Program-made: the position numbers and the translations under genes | In this document: piece after piece, positions 1 through 6,253 of the stretch | How positions within the stretch are numbered: position 1 is the stretch's first letter | How the letters are laid out: every line of letters starts with the position of its first letter | Assembly: GCA_964592905.1 (NCBI GenBank) | Contig: CAZQGJ010000003.1 | Span: 1 to 34,204, forward strand | Source of the DNA: an uncultured Candidatus Saccharibacteria bacterium | Lineage (GTDB): Bacteria; Patescibacteriota; UBA1384; CAYGGE01 | DNA length: 34,204 nucleotides | Direction of reading: 5' to 3' | Notes under the pieces: model-generated | Databases searched by the model: none | The model's input: the letters and a program-made list of their open reading frames with translations, nothing else | What the model was told of the DNA's origin: nothing

Positions 1-205
1 GCTTTGGAAACAATATTTTCAGTTTATGCTGGTCAATGCGATCGGCCTTGTCTTTAATAACGGTTTAACTTATCTCTTTACCAAGGTTGCTACCGTCGGT
101 AGCTACGAGCAGTCAGCGTTTTTAGCTAAATTATTAGCCAGCGGTCTAATTGTGATTTGGAATTACAGCATTAGTCGACTGGTTATCTTTAAACCGCACA
201 GCTAG
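1..205 (+). CDS. GtrA-family membrane protein, C-terminal fragment (5' end lies outside the window)
   Basis: The frame is open from nt 2 to the TAG at 203-205. The translation LWKQYFQFMLVNAIGLVFNNGLTYLFTKVATVGSYEQSAFLAKLLASGLIVIWNYSISRLVIFKPHS shows two hydrophobic helices and the N-Y-x-x-S-R-x-x-V-F type ending typical of GtrA-like proteins. Confidence 0.65.
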   Translation, partial: LWKQYFQFMLVNAIGLVFNNGLTYLFTKVATVGSYEQSAFLAKLLASGLIVIWNYSISRLVIFKPHS

Positions 206-231
206 ACAACGAATTTTGAACCTGTTATATT
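203..231 (+). promoter_or_regulatory. Candidate sigma70-type promoter for tRNA-Ser (TAGACA-17 nt-TATATT)
   Basis: TAGACA lies at 203-208, followed by a 17-nt spacer and TATATT at 226-231. The mature tRNA 5' end at 241 is 9 nt downstream of the -10 box. Confidence 0.4.
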
Positions 232-240
232 GGCAAAGAC

Positions 241-331
241 GGAGAGGTGGCTGAGTGGTCGAAAGCGACTCACTGCTAACGAGTTAAGCCTCATAAGGGC
301 TTCCAGGGTTCGAATCCCTGCCTCTCCGCCA
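241..331 (+). tRNA. tRNA-Ser (anticodon GCU), with encoded 3' CCA
   Basis: The acceptor stem GGAGAGG pairs with CCTCTCC, followed by discriminator G and CCA. The anticodon loop is CTGCTAA. A long variable arm (AAGCC..GGCTT) and the T-loop GGTTCGAATCC are present. Confidence 0.93.
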
Positions 332-348
332 AGAGAATTGTAATTGAC

Positions 349-783
349 ATGAGTAGTACAAAAAGCAATGCACCGAAAACTCTGCCGTCGTCGGCTTCGG
401 TTACTGAATATTTAAGCCAACTACCAATTGAGAAACAGCAAGAGTGCGAGGCACTAATTAGGATCGCCAAGCAAGTTTGCGATTGGCCGCCAGTGCTTTG
501 GGGTGATAGGATTATTGGCTTTGGTCAATATAGTTACCAATATGCATCGGGCCGATCCGGTATCTGGCCAGCTTTTGGCTTTGCTCCAGCCGGGAAACGA
601 CTGACGATTTATATAACCAATGGCTTTGAAGGTACATTAGAACTCAATAAACAGCTCGTGGGCGCCTCATTCGGTAAATCTTGTCTCTATTTAAAGGAAC
701 TGGGCGATCAAAATCTCAGTATCGTCAAAGAACTCTTTCGTCAAGCGATGGAATATCGACAAAAGCATGATCAAGCGAGTTAA
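349..783 (+). CDS. DUF1801 (YdhG-like) domain protein
   Basis: 144-aa ORF with an ATG start 18 nt after the tRNA-Ser. The pattern VTEYLSQLP...ALIRIAK...WG..IIGFG...KRLTIYI...GKSCLYLK...L..LFRQA resembles the DUF1801 family. Confidence 0.7.
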   Translation: MSSTKSNAPKTLPSSASVTEYLSQLPIEKQQECEALIRIAKQVCDWPPVLWGDRIIGFGQYSYQYASGRSGIWPAFGFAPAGKRLTIYITNGFEGTLELNKQLVGASFGKSCLYLKELGDQNLSIVKELFRQAMEYRQKHDQAS

Positions 784-2422
784 AGCGCTGCCAGATCATT
801 GGCAATGGCTCTTAATTTTAGCCAGCTACATCGCAGCCCTAGCGCTACTAACCTGGCCCTGGCTAGTCGACTGGACGCATTATTATCTTTTTGATCAGGG
901 CGATGGCTACCAAAACATATGGAATAGTTGGTGGTTTGGACAGGTCTTACAGAGTTATTTCGACCAGACACCTGGGCATCTCAACCTCTTTTATACAAAC
1001 TATTTGCATTATCCGCACGGTGTCAATCTTGGTTTTCAGACCTTTTCAATCTGGAACTTGCTCTGGATTCAATTATTGCAAAATATTTTCAGTCCGCTGA
1101 TCAGCTTTAATCTGGTGATCGTTGCCGCCTATGTTCTAACGGCCTATTACGGCTTTTGTTTGGCCAGAAGTTTTGATGTTAGGCCGAGTTTAGCCTGGCT
1201 GGCTGGGCTGGCGATCGGCTTGAGTCAGTGGCACCTGACACACGGTTACGGCCACCTCAACCTAATTACTATCTACCCCTTAGTGGCGATGGCTTATTAC
1301 CTCAAAAAACGACAGTGGCTTGGGGTAACGTTAGCTCTGATATCGACCGGTTTAAGCGATTACTACTATCTATTATACGGTTTACTGATCATCGTGATCG
1401 TTCTTGCCACCGAGTTCAGAAGAAAGTTGAGACAACAGACTCCAGAGTCTATAAAAAGCAGACTGAACCTCAAGCTAAAGCTCCAAGAGTTTTGGTCAGA
1501 GCAACGCAGCTTTATCCTAGCCGTGGCGATAGCCGGACTAACGTTAAGTCCGGTAATCTGGCCAACCGTCATACAACTTTTTACCGATCCGACTCTCACC
1601 TCGCACAATCCAAAGGATTATGGAGTCGATCTGGCCTCGATCTTTTACCCCGGACAGATCTGGCGCTTTGGCTGGTTGACTCAAGCGCTCTGGTCAAGAA
1701 ACTATTTGGGTTTAATAGAGGGCTCGCAATATTTTGGCCTGCTCGGCCTATTTGGGTTATTTGCCTGGCTCTTGAGCTATCGTCGACTCTCGGCCGAGGC
1801 TAAGTGGCTGGGTTGGCTGGGTCTGATATTTTTGTCTCTAGCCATCGGCCCCACCTTACATTTATTCAGACATTCTTGGGATCTCTGGATCTCTCCTTAC
1901 AAAATCTTAACCACAGTCATGCCACCATTAAAACTAGCCGGTGTAGCTAGCCGTTACGCCAACGTTAGTCAGATTATCTTTGTCCTAATCGGTGCAATCT
2001 GTTTGCAGAAACTCTTACCAAAACAGCGACTCACTAGCTGGCTTTTAATTGGCTGTTTAGCAATAGTCATCGCTCTTGAATCATCGACTAGTCAACTGCC
2101 CCGGACTCCGGCGATCGTGCCAAAATGGCTCGAGAGCGTCAAGCGTCAGGGACCAATTATAGATCGACTACATACCCCAGAACAGGCGATGTACTGGCAG
2201 ACCATACACCATGAGCCGCTTTATGCCGGCTATGTCTCGAGACTGCCTGCCAGCACCGCCAGACAGACCAACCAGATCGGCGAGCTGATCAATAACCAAG
2301 ATTTCAATGCCTTGGGTCGACTCGGCTTTAGGCAAGTCATTGTGCCACTCGATAGCGATTGGCGCGGAACGCTGACAACGATTTATAGCGATGAAGAGTT
2401 GGCTATACTCCGTCTGCCTTAA
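767..2422 (+). CDS. Polytopic membrane protein, possibly a GT-C-type glycosyltransferase (YfhO/PMT-like); function uncertain
   Basis: 551-aa ORF that overlaps the upstream gene by 17 nt. It has more than 10 hydrophobic segments, an acidic first external loop (LFDQGDGYQNIW) and a soluble tail of roughly 100 aa. Confidence 0.8.
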   Translation: MIKRVKALPDHWQWLLILASYIAALALLTWPWLVDWTHYYLFDQGDGYQNIWNSWWFGQVLQSYFDQTPGHLNLFYTNYLHYPHGVNLGFQTFSIWNLLWIQLLQNIFSPLISFNLVIVAAYVLTAYYGFCLARSFDVRPSLAWLAGLAIGLSQWHLTHGYGHLNLITIYPLVAMAYYLKKRQWLGVTLALISTGLSDYYYLLYGLLIIVIVLATEFRRKLRQQTPESIKSRLNLKLKLQEFWSEQRSFILAVAIAGLTLSPVIWPTVIQLFTDPTLTSHNPKDYGVDLASIFYPGQIWRFGWLTQALWSRNYLGLIEGSQYFGLLGLFGLFAWLLSYRRLSAEAKWLGWLGLIFLSLAIGPTLHLFRHSWDLWISPYKILTTVMPPLKLAGVASRYANVSQIIFVLIGAICLQKLLPKQRLTSWLLIGCLAIVIALESSTSQLPRTPAIVPKWLESVKRQGPIIDRLHTPEQAMYWQTIHHEPLYAGYVSRLPASTARQTNQIGELINNQDFNALGRLGFRQVIVPLDSDWRGTLTTIYSDEELAILRLP

Positions 2423-2428
2423 TCTCGC

Positions 2429-2440
2429 TATAATAGAGCT
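2429..2440 (+). promoter_or_regulatory. -10 box TATAAT placed 6 nt upstream of the ATG (leaderless-type start)
   Basis: TATAAT at 2429-2434 is followed by AGAGCT and then the ATG at 2441. There is no Shine-Dalgarno sequence. Confidence 0.4.
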
Positions 2441-2935
2441 ATGAATCAACCAACAGAGCCGATCGACAGTCCTGCGTCAGCTAGCTTTGAGTGGCGAACG
2501 CTCAGCTTTCCGCTGCATCAGAGGCATCAGTGGTGGTTTCCCATCTTTGCCTTGGTGACAGTCGCGCTCTTTGGTTTAACTATGGTGGCTGGCGAATATC
2601 TCATTGGCTGCATTGTGGTGGTTGGCGCCTACGTACTTTACGAACTAGCCAATCGGGAACCAGAAAAACTCTCGGTCAAAATCTCTGACGAGGGCGTGCA
2701 AATTGGAGATCGGATTATTGGCTATAGCGATTTACGACGCTTTTGGCTGATCGAAACCCCAGACCATCATCTATTACACCTCGAGCCTCAGGCCCGGCTG
2801 GGTTGGCCGATCACGATTCCCTACGAGGCAGAGGATAGACTAGCCATCCAAGAGGCCTTGCGACATCACTTAGATCAAGATCACGAGGCTAAAGAAGATT
2901 TAGCTGACCGAATTAACCGCTGGCTGAAGCTCTAA
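2441..2935 (+). CDS. Hypothetical two-TM membrane protein with a soluble C-terminal domain (possibly bPH-like)
   Basis: 164-aa ORF with two adjacent hydrophobic helices (WWFPIFALVTVALFGL and YLIGCIVVVGAYVLY), followed by a soluble domain of roughly 90 aa. Confidence 0.7.
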   Translation: MNQPTEPIDSPASASFEWRTLSFPLHQRHQWWFPIFALVTVALFGLTMVAGEYLIGCIVVVGAYVLYELANREPEKLSVKISDEGVQIGDRIIGYSDLRRFWLIETPDHHLLHLEPQARLGWPITIPYEAEDRLAIQEALRHHLDQDHEAKEDLADRINRWLKL

Positions 2936-3625
2936 ATCAACACGAGCTCTCTCCAACTGAACCAGGACAACCAACCAGGCAAGATATGGAGCAGTTAGGC
3001 CATAAATAAAAATTCCAGGCCAAACAAGTATATTAACGTCGACTTGGTTAGAACCAGCAAAAATGATAGCCAAGACCAGCAATGAAAACAATAGAAGTGA
3101 AAACTGCAAAAGTAGGTGCCAATACTTTCTTCCGATCTGCACCACCCTCTTGATAGCGGCTAGTGGCCTCAGTTCACCTAAGACAACGATAAATCCGATA
3201 ATGAAGCATGAGCAAATAAATAAGGCCAGAACGGGCCAAGCAAAAATAGCCAGGATAGCTAATAATCCCACACTAAGTCCTAAACAGACCAGATTAAGCA
3301 ACAAGGCCAGTATGACCGGTACAAAGTATCGTCTCAAGGCAAGAATTGATCGAGACGAAAAATTTGCCGAAAGGCTGGCATTGCCTACGCAATCGGCTAC
3401 AAGAATTTGCAAGCAAGCTAGAGCGCATAGTCCTAGTAAAGCAACTAAAATTATGACTGGTAAAAAGCTGATTTCGTCCTGAAAATATAAGGCTGGAACG
3501 CCACAAAATAAATATGTCGCAAGGCTAAAACCCAAGGCTAGGACTAAAAAATATCGCCAATGACGCCCATAAAGAGTTATGAACGATATCGCGGCAGGCA
3601 AAGAATTTTGCTGCACGGGAATCAT
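2900..3625 (-). CDS. Hypothetical polytopic membrane protein
   Basis: 241-aa ORF with an ATG start and 5-6 hydrophobic helices. It starts 4 nt after the stop of the upstream gene, suggesting an operon. Its 3' end overlaps the convergent 2441-2935 gene by 36 nt. Confidence 0.7.
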   Translation of the reverse strand: MIPVQQNSLPAAISFITLYGRHWRYFLVLALGFSLATYLFCGVPALYFQDEISFLPVIILVALLGLCALACLQILVADCVGNASLSANFSSRSILALRRYFVPVILALLLNLVCLGLSVGLLAILAIFAWPVLALFICSCFIIGFIVVLGELRPLAAIKRVVQIGRKYWHLLLQFSLLLFSLLVLAIIFAGSNQVDVNILVWPGIFIYGLTAPYLAWLVVLVQLERARVDLELQPAVNSVS

Positions 3626-3629
3626 CCTA

Positions 3630-4592
3630 TTATTTGGAGCCGATATAGTCAGTATTAAAGATTAAATCCGTTCCAAAATTAATGAGAACGGTAATGCCTA
3701 GGAGTACGATAACCCCTATGATTGTAAGGGCCTTGGCCCACTTGATCCAAGAATCTGCCTTGATGACGATCAAGTCCTCATCAGTTTTAGATTCTGCCGA
3801 TTGACGATAGATCGATAAGAGGGAAAGCATCAGTATCAATGATAAGATCCAACTAGTTAGAGCGTTCAGCAACATACTTAAATTAGAACTTGAATTAGGC
3901 TGAAAGATAGAATCAACCAATGAACCGAACATGAAATATACAGCCATTAACTCGACCACAGTCCTAAAAGATCTCTTTAATTGACGAGTACTTGCGACTA
4001 TTGATGGCCAGACGGCAAGCTTACCCAAAACGATAAAGTAAGGTAGGAACATAAAACTCAGAGCCAGCCAAACACCGGGAACGATGAATAAGGTTAGTCC
4101 CGCCAAAACGATTAAACCGGAAACAAAACTAGCCAATACTAATGGCCAAAAGCTCTGACTTAGTAAAGTCTTGAACTTTGACCAGTACTGATTGCGGTTC
4201 GATTCGATAACTACCAGTAAGGCTATAGTTCTTACCGAAGTATAGAACGTGATCAGTCCGAGGGTTAACAGAACCGGCACGCTCAGCAAGAGTTGCCAAT
4301 AAGTTGCGCTATGCGTGTTGCGGACAGTGATCAACCAATCTTTGGCGGAATCGATCGAATTCAAGCGTAAGCCGAAGCCATTAATATCAACCTTGGTAAG
4401 ATCAAGAATATCAAGGCCGTTCAGAAGCCAACCACTCATCGCGATCACGACGAGAGTAATTAGTAACATTACAACCCAAGTGAGCACTTCGAGTGCGGCT
4501 AGATCCAAATATTTCGTTTTAAAAATAGCCCAAGCCTGCTTGAGATACCAAAAGCGGTCCAGAAATTTAGTTAGTGCTGATGTTTTTGACAT
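3630..4592 (-). CDS. Hypothetical polytopic membrane protein
   Basis: 320-aa ORF whose ATG is preceded by AAGGAATATAAT, giving an SD-like AAGGA. It has multiple hydrophobic helices. Confidence 0.75.
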   Translation of the reverse strand: MSKTSALTKFLDRFWYLKQAWAIFKTKYLDLAALEVLTWVVMLLITLVVIAMSGWLLNGLDILDLTKVDINGFGLRLNSIDSAKDWLITVRNTHSATYWQLLLSVPVLLTLGLITFYTSVRTIALLVVIESNRNQYWSKFKTLLSQSFWPLVLASFVSGLIVLAGLTLFIVPGVWLALSFMFLPYFIVLGKLAVWPSIVASTRQLKRSFRTVVELMAVYFMFGSLVDSIFQPNSSSNLSMLLNALTSWILSLILMLSLLSIYRQSAESKTDEDLIVIKADSWIKWAKALTIIGVIVLLGITVLINFGTDLIFNTDYIGSK

Positions 4593-4645
4593 TATATTCC
4601 TTGAAGCTCTCTAATTGACGACCTCATTATGGCCGTTAGGCATTC

Positions 4646-4674
4646 ATCATAGCAACTTCAACAGGGATAGACAA
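4646..4674 (-). promoter_or_regulatory. Candidate promoter for the 4592-2900 membrane-protein operon (TTGTCT-17-TATGAT)
   Basis: Read on the minus strand, TTGTCT lies at 4674-4669, followed by a 17-nt spacer and TATGAT at 4651-4646. Its -35 element overlaps the -35 of the divergent tRNA-Arg promoter. Confidence 0.4.
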
Positions 4675-4696
4675 GGAGTTTGATATCGGGTATAGT
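4668..4696 (+). promoter_or_regulatory. Candidate promoter for tRNA-Arg (TAGACA-17-TATAGT)
   Basis: TAGACA lies at 4668-4673, followed by a 17-nt spacer and TATAGT at 4691-4696. The mature tRNA 5' end at 4705 is 8 nt downstream. Confidence 0.45.
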
Positions 4697-4704
4697 GCCG
4701 ATAG

Positions 4705-4780
4705 GCGCCTGTAGCTCAGTGGATAGAGCGTGTGCTTGCGGAGCACAAGGCCAGGGGTTCAAGTCCCTTCAGGCGCGCCA
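4705..4780 (+). tRNA. tRNA-Arg (anticodon GCG), with encoded 3' CCA
   Basis: The 76-nt cloverleaf parses cleanly:
- acceptor stem GCGCCTG/CAGGCGC
- U8 A9
- D arm GCTC-AGTGGATA-GAGC
- anticodon stem TGTGC/GCACA with loop TTGCGGA
- 5-nt variable loop
- T arm AGGGG-TTCAAGT-CCCTT
- discriminator G followed by CCA. Confidence 0.9.
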
Positions 4781-4839
4781 ACAGTAGTTTGTTTAAAATT
4801 TAGAATATGAACTCAAAAATAATCCAACTTTAACGGCTT

Positions 4840-5475
4840 ATGAAAATAACGAAATTTGGACATTGTTGCCTATTGATTGAAGTAGGTGGAGTCAAGATCT
4901 TGACCGACCCTGGAATCTACTCAACGCAACAGACTGAAGTAAAAAATATCGATTTTGTACTCATCACGCACGAACACGCCGATCATCTTCACATTGATTC
5001 TCTAAAAGAACTTTTGAAAAACAATCCGCAGACAGAAGTCATCACCAATAAGAGTGTTGGCGTATTATTAGAAATAAATCAAATAAGCTTCACATTAGTT
5101 GAAGATGGTCAAAGTTCTAGCATGCAGGGAGTTTTGATTGAGGGCTTTGGCAACGACCATGCCCTGATGCACCCCTTAATTTCGCCCATTCAGAACACTG
5201 GATATCTTATTGCAAACAAACTTTTCTATCCGGGCGATTCATTAACAATTCCAGAAAAACCGGTCGAGATCCTGGCTCTACCGGTGGCAGGACCGTGGAT
5301 GAAATTATCGGAGGCGATTGATTATGCGCTGGAGGTCAAACCAAAAACTTGTTTTCCTGTACACGAGGGCATCCTGAAACAACCAGGCTCTACCCACTTC
5401 ATCCCACCAAGCCTACTTGTGCCCAAGGGCATTCAATTCATCGTTTTAGAAATTGACAAGGAATATGAGTTTTAA
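4840..5475 (+). CDS. MBL-fold metallo-hydrolase
   Basis: 211-aa ORF with the HxHxDH motif (ITHEHADHLH) and downstream His/Asp ligand positions (NDHAL, PGDS, VHEG). Confidence 0.8.
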   Translation: MKITKFGHCCLLIEVGGVKILTDPGIYSTQQTEVKNIDFVLITHEHADHLHIDSLKELLKNNPQTEVITNKSVGVLLEINQISFTLVEDGQSSSMQGVLIEGFGNDHALMHPLISPIQNTGYLIANKLFYPGDSLTIPEKPVEILALPVAGPWMKLSEAIDYALEVKPKTCFPVHEGILKQPGSTHFIPPSLLVPKGIQFIVLEIDKEYEF

Positions 5476-5485
5476 CTGAGTCAAC

Positions 5486-6199
5486 ATGCCCTCTCGAAAC
5501 GTTAATAATTCTCCCGGCAAAGCCGAGACAAGCAACCATAGAACTATCTATTTCGTTAGGCATGGTCAAGGTCTTGAAATAGATACTGCACTTGATCTAG
5601 ACATCCGGCTCGATCCTCCACTTAGTAGCCTAGGACTACAACAGGCTACACAAATTGCAGAACGTTTACAAAAGGTACAGTTTGACACCCTACTCTCAAG
5701 TCCATTAAGAAGAGCGAGAGAAACCACTCAGATCATTTCCAAAGCGACAGATAAACAGCCAGAATATTCAAATCTATTCGTAGAGAGGATCAAGCCGACC
5801 GAGCTCAACGGGATGCCCAGAATTGAAAAACAGGCAAGTAGCTTGTGGCAGGCATGGGAAGAGAGCCTCTATCAAACTAATCTGCGTCTAGCGGATGGCG
5901 AAAATTACGCTGACCTAATCGCAAGAGTAGATCGAGCAATAGAGTATCTCGATCTTAGGGAAGAGCAGACAATCGTTGTCGTCACACACGGGTTTTTCTT
6001 AAGAGCTATTATCGCTCGGATTCTATTGGGCGACCAACTGTCAGGTACATTACTAAGAACGTTTCTCAACAATACATCAACTAATAACACTGGACTCACC
6101 GCCTTCAGCCTGAGTCAAGAAGTAACACAGGCCCGTTGGAAACTGCTTTATTTCAACGATTATTCTCATCTACACGCCAAACTTGACAGCCGACTTTGA
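5486..6199 (+). CDS. Histidine phosphatase family protein (phosphoglycerate-mutase-like)
   Basis: 237-aa ORF with the RHG catalytic motif (IYFVRHGQG), SSPLRRARET and a second His (VVVTHGFFLR). Confidence 0.8.
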   Translation: MPSRNVNNSPGKAETSNHRTIYFVRHGQGLEIDTALDLDIRLDPPLSSLGLQQATQIAERLQKVQFDTLLSSPLRRARETTQIISKATDKQPEYSNLFVERIKPTELNGMPRIEKQASSLWQAWEESLYQTNLRLADGENYADLIARVDRAIEYLDLREEQTIVVVTHGFFLRAIIARILLGDQLSGTLLRTFLNNTSTNNTGLTAFSLSQEVTQARWKLLYFNDYSHLHAKLDSRL

Positions 6200-6225
6200 C
6201 ACTTTTACGATAGAAAAGATATATA
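6183..6225 (+). promoter_or_regulatory. Two overlapping candidate promoters upstream of the S8 protease gene
   Basis: The first candidate is TTGACA (6183-6188), a 17-nt spacer and TACGAT (6206-6211). The second is TTGACA (6196-6201), an 18-nt spacer and TATATA (6220-6225). Confidence 0.4.
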
Positions 6226-6253
6226 TTTATTTCTGCGAGTCAAAGGCGGATCA

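Noticed and set aside
1228-1803. A 191-aa alternative-frame plus-strand ORF, plus the 780-971, 891-1110 and 1366-1608 ORFs, all inside the 551-aa membrane-protein gene.
   Set aside because: All are nested in the long hydrophobic ORF. Their translations are Arg/Ser-rich with low-complexity composition typical of out-of-frame reads.
4801-4830. TAGAAT followed by a mini-ORF, ATGAACTCAAAAATAATCCAACTTTAA (8 codons), between tRNA-Arg and the MBL gene.
   Set aside because: It could be a promoter or a leader peptide. The -35 match is poor, the -10 box abuts the ATG with no spacing, and there is no attenuator structure.
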